DNA of 64,000 nucleotides from Candidatus Sungiibacteriota bacterium (GTDB lineage: Bacteria; Patescibacteriota; Minisyncoccia; Sungbacterales; SURF-37): the NCBI GenBank assembly GCA_016203665.1, contig JACQMJ010000008.1:19150-83149 (forward strand). Direction: 5' to 3'. Below are positions 18,360-27,249 of the stretch, one piece after another. Each line of letters begins with the position of its first letter. The first letter of the stretch is position 1. Both the position numbers and the translations under genes were made by a program. The notes under the pieces were generated by a model that worked only from the letters and a program-made list of their open reading frames with translations, did no database searches and had not been told where the DNA came from.

Positions 18360-19294
18360 ACTTCCTGCACCGCTTCCGCCATTTCGCCCTCTATCCAGCG
18401 GTAGAGACGGTCAATGCCCTCCTGTAATGAAACGCGCGGCTGCCAGCCAAGGCGGGAATCGATGGCCATGACCTCATCGGGCTTGCGCTCAATGCCGCGG
18501 GGTGCCGATGTATCGTAGATACGCTCCAGTTTGACGCCGGCGGCGGCCTCAATCGCATCCACGAGCTGGTTCACGCTCGTAAACTCGTTGGAGCCGATGC
18601 GAACGGGATCGGTAATGCCGCTCGACATGAGCGCGGCAAGTCCGTCGGCGCAATCTTCCGCGAAGAGGAAGCTCCGAACTTGGGTGCCGTCACCCCAAAT
18701 TTCAATGCGGTTATCCCCGCGGCGCTTGGCTTCAAGGGCCTTCAGCGCTAGCGCGGCCGGAGCGCGCACGCGTTCCCCGCGGATACGATCATGCGTGCCA
18801 TAGACGTTTTGCAGACGCGCCACGCGCGTCTCCAGGCCGAAATCCTCGCGGAAGTGGCGGCAGAGCCGCTCGGAAAAAAGTTTCTCCCAGATGTGCCCGT
18901 CCTCAAGGACATTGGCCGGTTGATGGTCGGCCGCAGCCACGGCAAAGGTGGAAGTATAGAGGTAGCGCTTTACGCCAAGGTCCCGGGCGGCCATCAGGAG
19001 GTGAGTGTTGATAAGCACCGAGAGCATGCATAGGGCCTTATTCTTCTCTATGAAATTCACCCCGCCGATATCGGCCGCAAGATTATAAACCAGATCAACG
19101 CCGTCTGCGGCGCTGTAACAATTCTTTTTTTCGGTGAGGTCAAGCTGGAGGTTCTCGGCGCCGTCATGGCGCTGGGACCATTCCCCGACCGGCCGCCGCC
19201 CGACGGCGCGAACTTCATGGCCATCCGAAAGAAGGCGCTTCACGAGGTGACCGCCGATGAGACCTGATGCGCCGGCAACGAGTATGCGGGACAT
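18356..19294 (-). CDS. NAD-dependent epimerase/dehydratase (extended SDR; GDP/UDP-sugar modifying)
   Basis: Rossmann motif ILVAGASGLIGGHLVKRL and the YxxxK element YTSTFAVAA...Y are present, in an extended-SDR pattern. Confidence 0.7.
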   Translation of the reverse strand: MSRILVAGASGLIGGHLVKRLLSDGHEVRAVGRRPVGEWSQRHDGAENLQLDLTEKKNCYSAADGVDLVYNLAADIGGVNFIEKNKALCMLSVLINTHLLMAARDLGVKRYLYTSTFAVAAADHQPANVLEDGHIWEKLFSERLCRHFREDFGLETRVARLQNVYGTHDRIRGERVRAPAALALKALEAKRRGDNRIEIWGDGTQVRSFLFAEDCADGLAALMSSGITDPVRIGSNEFTSVNQLVDAIEAAAGVKLERIYDTSAPRGIERKPDEVMAIDSRLGWQPRVSLQEGIDRLYRWIEGEMAEAVQEV

Positions 19295-19424
19295 GGTAAA
19301 AAAGAAAAGCCGAACTGGCTTATGATAATACTACCGTCTAACGAATAGAAGCAGTTTCAGCGGCTCTTCAAAAGAAAGCCCTGGGCGCGCGGCGCGCCCA
19401 GGGACTTTGGGTTCGGAACGAACT

Positions 19425-20006
19425 TCAGATCCCGATCCCCACGTTGAGGTGCGGCAGGGCGAGCATGGTGATGGCGATGGTCTTCTGGTCCTTGATCTCG
19501 CCCGCCCATATCCTCCCAATCCACTCCGTGAGCGGAAACTTGACGATCTGGATGTACTCGCCGCGGTCGGGCTTTGGATCCCCCACGCAGACGCAGTCCA
19601 TGGCGAGGAACAGCGCCTGGGGAAACGTGAGCGAAGCTGGGTCGCCGTAGACCTCGGGGTTCAGGAGGATAAGTTCTCCGGGCGCGTAGCCGGTCTCCTG
19701 CTGGAGTTCCTCCCGCGCGACATCCTCCGCGCTCTGCCCCGGCTTCCGGTTTCCGCCCGAGACCTCGAGCATCGGTCTGTCAATCCCGTAACGGAACTCC
19801 CACTGCGCCACCACCATCCGATCGGTGGTGACGGGCAAGGTGATGGAGGGATAAGCATCCGCGTGCCAGTGCGAGTAGTCGTCCTCCCACCCTTCGGGAT
19901 GGCGGTAGCGCTGAACGCGGAGCGACCGGCCGAACTTCGATGCGAGCACCTGGGGCTCGCCGACCCGTTCGGGAACGGTGAGCGTCGCGGGAACGGCGAT
20001 GGACAT
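19425..20006 (-). CDS. NUDIX hydrolase (ADP-ribose/nucleotide-sugar pyrophosphatase-like)
   Basis: NUDIX box: GGNRKPGQSAEDVAREELQQETG. Confidence 0.65.
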   Translation of the reverse strand: MSIAVPATLTVPERVGEPQVLASKFGRSLRVQRYRHPEGWEDDYSHWHADAYPSITLPVTTDRMVVAQWEFRYGIDRPMLEVSGGNRKPGQSAEDVAREELQQETGYAPGELILLNPEVYGDPASLTFPQALFLAMDCVCVGDPKPDRGEYIQIVKFPLTEWIGRIWAGEIKDQKTIAITMLALPHLNVGIGI

Positions 20007-20041
20007 CGCCCGGCTCCTTTCCTTGTTGGGTGTGCAGGATA

Positions 20042-20824
20042 CTAGCGCAGCTTCGCCATGAGCTGATCGTGCAATCCGGAGTGGGCGACGAAAATGGACT
20101 CGTCACCGAGCTCCCACTCCTTGCCGAAACGATCCGTAACCCGCGCCCCGGCCTCGCGGCAGATGACGGCCGCCGCAGCCATGTCCCAGGGCTGGAGAAA
20201 AGGCGCGACAAAGGCGTGGTAGACGCCGCTCGTCGTAAGGGCGAGCGACACCGAGGCGCAGTTCGAGGTGAAGATGGCCGTCACGCCTTCCCCCGCGAGA
20301 AGCTTGTCGATGATGCCGACCGCTTGCGTGCGTCCGGGCGGCTTGCCGTACTCGAGCGCGACGCGGGCCTGGCGGACATCCAAGAGCGGCGCGGTTGCTG
20401 CGATCGGCTGGCCGTTCTTCATCGCGCCCCGGCCGCGGACAGCCCGGTAGAGTTCGTGGCGCTCCGGCGCGTAGATCACGCCCGCCGCCGGAGTGCGGCC
20501 GTCGCAGAGAGCGACGCAGACCGCAAAATAGTCCGACGATTCGCTTGTGAAAACCACCGTCCCGTCTAACGGATCCACGACCCACGTCATGGCCGATCCG
20601 ACCTCCCGTGCGTCGCTCTCCTCGGAGAGTATGTTGTGCTCCGGGAACGCCGCTCCGATCTCCCTTCGGAGATAACAGTCGCTCTCCTCGTCGGCCAGGG
20701 TCTTGATGTGAGTGCGCTGGTCCCACGTGAACCCGGCAAGGGTTCCGTGATGACGCATGAGGATCTCGTCACCGGCCAGGCGCGCGATGCGTTCGGCGAA
20801 ATCACAGGCCTTTTGAAGATCCAT
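20042..20824 (-). CDS. inositol monophosphatase family protein (SuhB/CysQ-like sugar-phosphate phosphatase)
   Basis: IMPase signatures: WVVDPLDGT and ...AAAAVICREAGARVTD. Confidence 0.7.
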   Translation of the reverse strand: MDLQKACDFAERIARLAGDEILMRHHGTLAGFTWDQRTHIKTLADEESDCYLRREIGAAFPEHNILSEESDAREVGSAMTWVVDPLDGTVVFTSESSDYFAVCVALCDGRTPAAGVIYAPERHELYRAVRGRGAMKNGQPIAATAPLLDVRQARVALEYGKPPGRTQAVGIIDKLLAGEGVTAIFTSNCASVSLALTTSGVYHAFVAPFLQPWDMAAAAVICREAGARVTDRFGKEWELGDESIFVAHSGLHDQLMAKLR

Positions 20825-20893
20825 CCGTTGTCTCCTTTGGCGAAATTCTTAATCTCCAACCGAAATTATTAGTATCCGTCCCTACTCCATTTG

Positions 20894-22252
20894 TCAAGAT
20901 TTCACGACCGCAAGGATATGATCGGCAATACGCTCCCCCGCTTTGCCGTCCACACGCCAGCACTGGGCCTTTATAAGGCGCTCGCGTTTCTCGCGGTCAA
21001 GCGATGGATCGGCAAGATACGCGTTGATGGCGGCGATAAGCTCGCGCTCGCTCTTTGCCAGGCGGATGCCGCCGGTAGCCACGGCTTTCGCATAATGTTC
21101 CGTGCGGTAATACTGCGTCGGAGACCTAGCAAGAAGTTGCTGTTTCACCTCAAAGGCGATGCCCACGGTCGGCTTGCCGAATATGGCCGCATCAATAGCA
21201 ATGGAAGAGGCGTAGCAGACGAGCACGGAGAGGTGGGCCAGCGTGTCGGTGAGGTGGGCGAGTTCCTCAAAACCCATGTCCCAATCCACACTCCGCTCCC
21301 GGCCGAAACGGATGCCGGGGATGTCATAGCGGAGATGCGGCCGGCGCTTGAGTTCCTCCTCGTCTATGAAATCATTGGGCTGGAAACGCACCAAGAGGGC
21401 CGCATCCGGCCCAATGCGCCCGCTCTCAATGGCCGAGTGCAGAATATCGATCATCTCCCAATCCGAATCCGAAAATGTCCGACCCATGGGAGCGTAGACG
21501 ATAAGGCGCTTTGACGGGTCTATGCCGATGCGGCGGAAGAATTCTTCCCGGGAACCGGACCGGGCCGTGACGTAACGATCATACTGCGGGATGCCGGCCG
21601 GAATAACCCGCTCCGGGCGCATGTCGGCGTAGCGGATGACCTCGTCCTTCACGATGTCGTTGAACACCAGGAGCGTATCCGGAAGCAAGCGGAGAGAAGC
21701 GCGCGTCGTTACCTTGTCCCAGGAATTGATGTAGCCGACCGTGGGCACGCCGCGACGCCTAGCCTCCCGCAGGAGCGCAATTTCCACGTCATCAAAGAGA
21801 TGGGCCAGGAATACGGCCCGCGGCCGGTAGCGCTCAAAGTACGGGCCAAAGCCGGGATCGCCGACAAAGCGGAGATCGAGCGGCCGGAGGAAGCTCCGCA
21901 CGGCTGGCCGCGCCATCAACCAATTAAGGGCGTGACTCACGACAAAGAGCGGCCAGTTGCCGGAACGCTCCAGGTGCATGCGCTTCTTCAGATTCGTAGT
22001 CTTGGTGCGAATGAGGTGGAACTTGAGAAAACTCATCAGGCGCTCGAAGCGGCCGTAGGGCGAACGCCCGAAGGGCTCATAGACGAGCCGTTCGTGCGGG
22101 ACTTCGCGCCGGTAATAAGCGGCGCGCTCCTCGGAGCGCACGAAGCAGACCAGGCGCACGTCGGGCTCGGCTAAAAGGCGCTCAACAATGCCAGTGCGGA
22201 GGATGTTTTTGGCCTCAATGCCTTGGAAAATGGTAATGAAAATCGTCCTCAT
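20894..22252 (-). CDS. CDP-glycerol glycerophosphotransferase-like (TagB/TagF family) protein, paralog
   Basis: It is colinear with 3240..4577 (MRTIFITIFQGIEAKNIL... vs MKTILITCIRGLIARNIL...; C-terminal ...YYRTEHYAKAVATGGIRLAKSEREL...). Confidence 0.5.
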   Translation of the reverse strand: MRTIFITIFQGIEAKNILRTGIVERLLAEPDVRLVCFVRSEERAAYYRREVPHERLVYEPFGRSPYGRFERLMSFLKFHLIRTKTTNLKKRMHLERSGNWPLFVVSHALNWLMARPAVRSFLRPLDLRFVGDPGFGPYFERYRPRAVFLAHLFDDVEIALLREARRRGVPTVGYINSWDKVTTRASLRLLPDTLLVFNDIVKDEVIRYADMRPERVIPAGIPQYDRYVTARSGSREEFFRRIGIDPSKRLIVYAPMGRTFSDSDWEMIDILHSAIESGRIGPDAALLVRFQPNDFIDEEELKRRPHLRYDIPGIRFGRERSVDWDMGFEELAHLTDTLAHLSVLVCYASSIAIDAAIFGKPTVGIAFEVKQQLLARSPTQYYRTEHYAKAVATGGIRLAKSERELIAAINAYLADPSLDREKRERLIKAQCWRVDGKAGERIADHILAVVKS

Positions 22253-23334
22253 ATGATTTCAGCGTACAGGCGCTGATACGAGCTCGTTACCCGCTCCCAC
22301 GTCATCTCGCGGGCAAACGCGAGTGATGCCGCACGGAAGCGCTCCCGGAGCTGGGCATCCGATAGAATGCGGATGGCGGCTTCGGCTGCGGCATCGGCGT
22401 CGCGCGGCGGCACGAGAAAACCGTTGACGCCGTCGGAGAGCGCATCTTCCGCGCCCGAATCACGGGTCCCGATCACCGGCAGCCCGGCGGCGGCGGCCTC
22501 AAGGAAAGCGAAACCAAAACCCTCGATATCCTTACTATCATCCACCGGCAGCAGGAAGAATAATTCGGCGCCCGCATAGATGGCTTTCAGGAACGGCCAG
22601 CGGATGTTCTTGAAGTAGCTGACCGCACCGCCAAGGCCGAGGGGCTCTTCCAATTGCGGCTTGGGGCCGATGCCGCAGATGACATAGGAGAGCTCCGGAA
22701 AACGCTTTTTCATTTCCGCAAAGGCGGCAAAGGAGTATTGGAAACCCTTGCGCCTCTTCCAGCCGCCCACCGAGAGCACATAGGGCTTAAGAGCGCGGAT
22801 GGCGGAACGCTCCTCGGCGGTGAGCGCTATAGAGAGGTCGCCCGAAAATTCTCCGGCATCCACAGCATGATTGATGACCGTGATGGCGACATCCGGGACC
22901 CGCGCTAAAATTTCCCGCCGGGTGTTAGAGCTGATGGCCACGACGCGTGATGCCCGGCGGTAGGCCCAGGCGACGAGCCAACCGTACGGTCGGTAGAGCG
23001 GCTGGACGGCACCGGTTCCGATAGCAGTTATAACGAGCTTCTTGCCCAAGCCGAGCGACGCCAGGGCCGCGATAACGCCGTAGGGCCAGCCGTCAAGCGC
23101 ATGGATGAGGTCGCAGTGCCGAAAAACGGCGCGAATGCGCGGAAGAGCCAACAGAAACTTTACCTTGGATGGATATAAAATAGCTTCTTCCAGAGGGTGG
23201 CCCGAACCGGCCGACGTTAACACGGTACATTGAATATCCGGCCGCGCCTGGCGCAGGCGCGAAATAAAATTCACGCCGAACCTTCCGGCTCCTTTCCGGT
23301 CATCTAAATCATGATTCAGGAAACAGATACGCAT
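22249..23334 (-). CDS. GT4 (GT-B) glycosyltransferase
   Basis: The GT4 C-terminal E-x7-E region is EGFGFAFLEAAAAGLPVIGTRDSGAEDAL, and the length is typical for GT4. Confidence 0.75.
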   Translation of the reverse strand: MRICFLNHDLDDRKGAGRFGVNFISRLRQARPDIQCTVLTSAGSGHPLEEAILYPSKVKFLLALPRIRAVFRHCDLIHALDGWPYGVIAALASLGLGKKLVITAIGTGAVQPLYRPYGWLVAWAYRRASRVVAISSNTRREILARVPDVAITVINHAVDAGEFSGDLSIALTAEERSAIRALKPYVLSVGGWKRRKGFQYSFAAFAEMKKRFPELSYVICGIGPKPQLEEPLGLGGAVSYFKNIRWPFLKAIYAGAELFFLLPVDDSKDIEGFGFAFLEAAAAGLPVIGTRDSGAEDALSDGVNGFLVPPRDADAAAEAAIRILSDAQLRERFRAASLAFAREMTWERVTSSYQRLYAEII

Positions 23335-23358
23335 GACGTGGAATCCATCGGGTGCGGA

Positions 23359-24738
23359 TTACAGAATGAATCGCCGGAGAGGCTGGAGGAAGGCGAGCAC
23401 CTCGGCTGCCCCCCGCCGGAAAATCAGGCGGTCCTCGGTATCAACGCGGAGGAACGATCGAAACCGCAATCGCAGGAACGGATATTTCCTAGATATCCGC
23501 CGGTAGAAAAACCAAACCCGCCACAGGATGGCGCTGTTGGTCTCAATGCCGACGGCTAGGAGGCCGACCCCGGGAAGGAACGCCACAAGAATAGCAGCAC
23601 TTAACGCGATCTCCGTCAGGAAAAAAGAGGCCAACAGCCGCTGCTCACGAAAGGCCGTCAGGAGCAAACCCTCTAACCGGGAGATGCCATGCAGCGGCAC
23701 GGACAAAAGGAAAAAAATGAAGAGCGGCATCGCGGGGATGTATTTGGGAAATATAAGCCCAATGAGCTGGGGCACCATGAGGGCGCTCACCGCCGCCAGT
23801 GCCGTACCGCCCCAGAAGAGGTACTTCACGCTGCGGCTGAAAATATAGCCGAGCCGCTGGGGATTCGCCGCCTCCCAAGCCAGGAGCGAAGGATCCGGCA
23901 AGGGCAGGAGATTCTTGATCATGGACACCAGGTTCACCGCCAGCGTGTAGAACGCCACCGCCTCGGCGTTTATAAGTGTGACGATAAGCCAGGGGCGGAG
24001 GGGTTTGGCCGCCCGGCGCGTCGCCGAGCGGAACAGTATCCAAAACCCGTAGGCCTGAAAAATGCGCCGGAACATGAATCGCGGCGCAGCGGCGACCCCG
24101 CCCAAAAACACACGAAACTCCCTCGCGAACGGAATGACGAGATACACCAGGGCGACGCACGAGGCCATTAGCGTGGCCAGGAGTACCTCGCGGATGCCGA
24201 GGGTGTAAAAAACGAACAGGCCGGCCACGAGGGTAAGTTTTGAAAACTCCTCCACCGCGCCCGCCCCGATGGCCCGGAGCGACACCACCGAACGCAAGAA
24301 TAGGTTGAGGATGGATTGGAGCGCGTGGACCACCATAATCAAACTGATGATGCGCAGGTATAAGCCGATGTCTTCGCCGTACCAATGCGCCACTGCCGAA
24401 GCGCTGGCGAAAAGTACGGCTGCAACCACGGCGCTGACGCCGGCTTTGAGCGCGGCGAATTCAAAAAACAGCCGCTTGGCATCGGCATTGTGCCGGTCGC
24501 TGAAGGCGCGGGTGATATCGTTCTGCACCACCTCGTCAAAAAAATTGACCGAAAAGGCATCCAGGAACACCACCACCGAAAGTACCAGCTGGTAAATGCC
24601 GAATTCGCGAACCGAAAGAGCGGTGAGGGTTAGGAAAGACGTCAACAGGCCGAGGCCCCCGAGGAGATTATTCCAGAAAATATTAAGAATGTTCCCGCGG
24701 ATGAAGCGTTGGGCGAAGGAGTGCGGCGGATGAGGCAT
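23359..24738 (-). CDS. wzx: oligosaccharide flippase (Wzx/MOP-superfamily polysaccharide biosynthesis protein)
   Basis: About 12 predicted TM helices, N-terminal basic stretch, and a typical PST-family hydrophobicity pattern. Confidence 0.65.
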   Translation of the reverse strand: MPHPPHSFAQRFIRGNILNIFWNNLLGGLGLLTSFLTLTALSVREFGIYQLVLSVVVFLDAFSVNFFDEVVQNDITRAFSDRHNADAKRLFFEFAALKAGVSAVVAAVLFASASAVAHWYGEDIGLYLRIISLIMVVHALQSILNLFLRSVVSLRAIGAGAVEEFSKLTLVAGLFVFYTLGIREVLLATLMASCVALVYLVIPFAREFRVFLGGVAAAPRFMFRRIFQAYGFWILFRSATRRAAKPLRPWLIVTLINAEAVAFYTLAVNLVSMIKNLLPLPDPSLLAWEAANPQRLGYIFSRSVKYLFWGGTALAAVSALMVPQLIGLIFPKYIPAMPLFIFFLLSVPLHGISRLEGLLLTAFREQRLLASFFLTEIALSAAILVAFLPGVGLLAVGIETNSAILWRVWFFYRRISRKYPFLRLRFRSFLRVDTEDRLIFRRGAAEVLAFLQPLRRFIL

Positions 24739-24750
24739 ACGGATACGTGG

Positions 24751-26568
24751 TTAAGGGAGGCGATAGACGTCCACGAAGAGGCCAAAACGTTCCAAATCCA
24801 AAAGGTCGGCGAAGGAAAGGCGATCTAGCTTGCCCGAACCGTCAGGCGCAAACGACCGCCCAATACGCCATGGGTTGAAACGGGCAATGAGCGTCGCCCG
24901 CTCCGCGATGCGGCGCGTATCGCCGCGAATCGCATCCGACGATCGATACTCAATGACGAGATGCGTAAACCCCTGCCGGAGGAAGGCATTGGTATCAGCG
25001 GTGAGGCTGTTGCGCGCTTGCGGGGAAACGAGATCAAGATTGAGATTGGCCGCGGCCGGATGGGGTGCGGCCGGGCCGAGCGCGATAACCGCGCGATCCG
25101 CCGCCCGGAGCGCTCCCGGATCGATCGCCTCGACCAGCCGCACGCCCGCGGGCGTGTTCGGCAAGCGCAGATACTGCGCATCCATTAATACCCTGGAACC
25201 CGCCGGCAAGTTCCCTAAGAGCCACTTCCGCGCGACGAGGCGCGTATCCGGCCGGGAAAGGAGTTGCTGGTAGCGGAGGTCGGTCGCGAGCTGCCAGCCG
25301 AAAACAAAAAGAAAAAAGAAAAAGGAAATTGAGAAATTAAAGAGCGGGTGGGACGATACATTTAATTTCTTAATTTCTAAATTTATCACTTTCTCGTACA
25401 GCCGATCGGCGGCATAGCCGGCAAAAGCGGCGAGGACGGGCGTGATGAGCACCACGCCGCGCACCGTAAAATCATCAAAGAGGTAGAGCAGCGTGAAAAA
25501 CGCGATGGCATATAAAACCGTAACGCCAATCCAGAAACGCCTGCCCTTCCAATTTTCCGCACCGAAAAGTTGGGAGGGTGAACGCCGCAGCCAGAGGAGA
25601 CCCATACCGGCAAGCGAGAAAAGAAAGAGCGGCGTCTCAAATTCCCAGAACGTCCGAAGGTATTCGGCGATGAAACGCAACCATCCGAGAACGCTTTTCG
25701 TACCAATGGAAGCAATTCGACCGAGTACATCGCTCGCGGCGCCGGACGCGCCCTCGGCTCTCGTCAACCCATACGGATAGAGCGCAATGCCTGCGAGGGC
25801 CACCAGGGCGAAGGCGACAAGAATTGCCAGCACCTCGCGGCTGGCGAGACGCCTAAACCAGTGCTGGATCGGGCTTCCGGCAGAACCGCCGACACGCGCG
25901 GCGACGAGCGGGATGAGGCCGACCGCAGCCGCGGTGTTCACGCCGCCGGCGGCAATCCCGGCAAGAGCGCCCGCGCCGAGCCAGTGCCCTAGGGGCCGCA
26001 CCTGGCCGCGCCAAGCCAGCGCCCGCTCCCAGAGAAAGGCCAGCAACACGGATGCCGGCATCCAGTGGCGGACGTTATGCGAGAGCTGGAGATGATAGAA
26101 CGAAAGCGCAAGGAACGCCGCCGCAAATAGCGCGGCGCGCTTCGTGCCGGAGAGATGATACGAAATGCGGTACGTCAAATAAACCCCGCTAACGCCGATC
26201 GCCGCCATCCAGACGCGCGCCGCCACCCAGAGAAAGGACGGGTCAAGGGCGAGCATGGCGCGATACGTTTCAAGCGGCGGCATGCCGGAGGCGAGGTAAT
26301 GCACGGCGATGACCGGCGCCAGGACGATGAGATAGAAATACGAGAGCAGTAACGGATAGTAGAGCACCGCCTTAAACTCCTCGGCGTGAAAGGCGGGGAT
26401 GAGGGTTTTAAGCTCGATCATTTTCAGCGCCCCATAGACATGGGGCGTTTCGTCGTTCACCAGAAAGAGCGGCAAACCATAGGTAATGCCCCAGAGCCGG
26501 AGCAGGAACGCTGAGAAAAGAATCCAAACGATGGGCGCTTTTATAATTTTGAGAACCTGATGCGCCAT
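24751..26568 (-). CDS. GT-C glycosyltransferase, GT39/GT83 (PMT_2/ArnT-like, phospholipid-carrier-dependent)
   Basis: The N-terminal membrane domain starts ...ILFSAFLLRLWGITYGLPLFLVNDETPHVYGA (the DE-type loop typical of Pmt/ArnT-like GT-C enzymes). It is followed by multiple TM helices and a soluble C-terminal domain. Its start overlaps the Ppm1-like GT2 gene. Confidence 0.65.
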   Translation of the reverse strand: MAHQVLKIIKAPIVWILFSAFLLRLWGITYGLPLFLVNDETPHVYGALKMIELKTLIPAFHAEEFKAVLYYPLLLSYFYLIVLAPVIAVHYLASGMPPLETYRAMLALDPSFLWVAARVWMAAIGVSGVYLTYRISYHLSGTKRAALFAAAFLALSFYHLQLSHNVRHWMPASVLLAFLWERALAWRGQVRPLGHWLGAGALAGIAAGGVNTAAAVGLIPLVAARVGGSAGSPIQHWFRRLASREVLAILVAFALVALAGIALYPYGLTRAEGASGAASDVLGRIASIGTKSVLGWLRFIAEYLRTFWEFETPLFLFSLAGMGLLWLRRSPSQLFGAENWKGRRFWIGVTVLYAIAFFTLLYLFDDFTVRGVVLITPVLAAFAGYAADRLYEKVINLEIKKLNVSSHPLFNFSISFFFFLFVFGWQLATDLRYQQLLSRPDTRLVARKWLLGNLPAGSRVLMDAQYLRLPNTPAGVRLVEAIDPGALRAADRAVIALGPAAPHPAAANLNLDLVSPQARNSLTADTNAFLRQGFTHLVIEYRSSDAIRGDTRRIAERATLIARFNPWRIGRSFAPDGSGKLDRLSFADLLDLERFGLFVDVYRLP

Positions 26569-27248
26569 GGTTCGATCAGTCCTTCATAGATAATGTTGGT
26601 TGAAATTTTAGATGTGCCGAGCCGCCGGTCGGTGAAGGTGATGGGGATTTCGACAATGCGCGCCCCGCGGCGGTAAAACATCATCCGCAGCGTGAACCAC
26701 CAGGCGTAGCCCGAGGCGCGGATGCGCTCGAACGGAACCCGGCGCAGGAAATCGGACCGCATGGCCGAGAATCCGGCCGTGCAGTCATGAATGGGCGACC
26801 CGGTAATGATGCGCACGTAGAGATTTCCTCCCCAGGACAGCGCCCGCCGCCACAGCTCCCAGTTTTCAATCCGGCCGCCGCGGATGTAGCGGGACCCCAC
26901 CACCAGATCATACCGTTCAGCGCTCCTTATAAGTTCGGGTACATAGCGGGGGGCGTGGGAAAAATCCGCGTCCATGGTGATAACGCAATCATCCCCGCCC
27001 TCATCAAGCACCCGCCGAAAGGCCTGCTGGTAGGCCGTCCCCAGGCCGAGCTTCCCCGGGCGCGTCAGGAGAGAAACCCGCGGCTCACCTTGGGCCAGGC
27101 GCCGTACGATCGCGCCTGTGCCGTCGGGCGAGCTGTCATCCACGACAAGGATGCGAGTGTCCGGGGGGGCGACCCGGAGCAGCTCGGTCAGGAGCGGAAT
27201 GATGTTCTCACGCTCGTTATACGTTGGGATGATGATACGAACCTTCAT
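26541..27248 (-). CDS. polyprenol-phosphate mannosyl/glycosyl transferase (GT2, Dpm1/Ppm1-like)
   Basis: GT2 signatures: IIIPTYNERENI, LVVDDSSPDGT and the DxD motif TMDADFSH. The tail is Dpm1-like (...GYAWWFTLRMMF). Confidence 0.8.
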   Translation of the reverse strand: MKVRIIIPTYNERENIIPLLTELLRVAPPDTRILVVDDSSPDGTGAIVRRLAQGEPRVSLLTRPGKLGLGTAYQQAFRRVLDEGGDDCVITMDADFSHAPRYVPELIRSAERYDLVVGSRYIRGGRIENWELWRRALSWGGNLYVRIITGSPIHDCTAGFSAMRSDFLRRVPFERIRASGYAWWFTLRMMFYRRGARIVEIPITFTDRRLGTSKISTNIIYEGLIEPWRIRFSKL

Positions 27249-27249
27249 A

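Noticed and set aside
19407-20726. Plus- and minus-strand long ORFs (19407..20045, 20030..20569, 20103..20726) overlapping NUDIX and IMPase genes
   Set aside because: These are alternative-frame or antisense ORFs with Arg/Gly-rich low-complexity translations. The NUDIX box and IMPase motifs identify the real frames.
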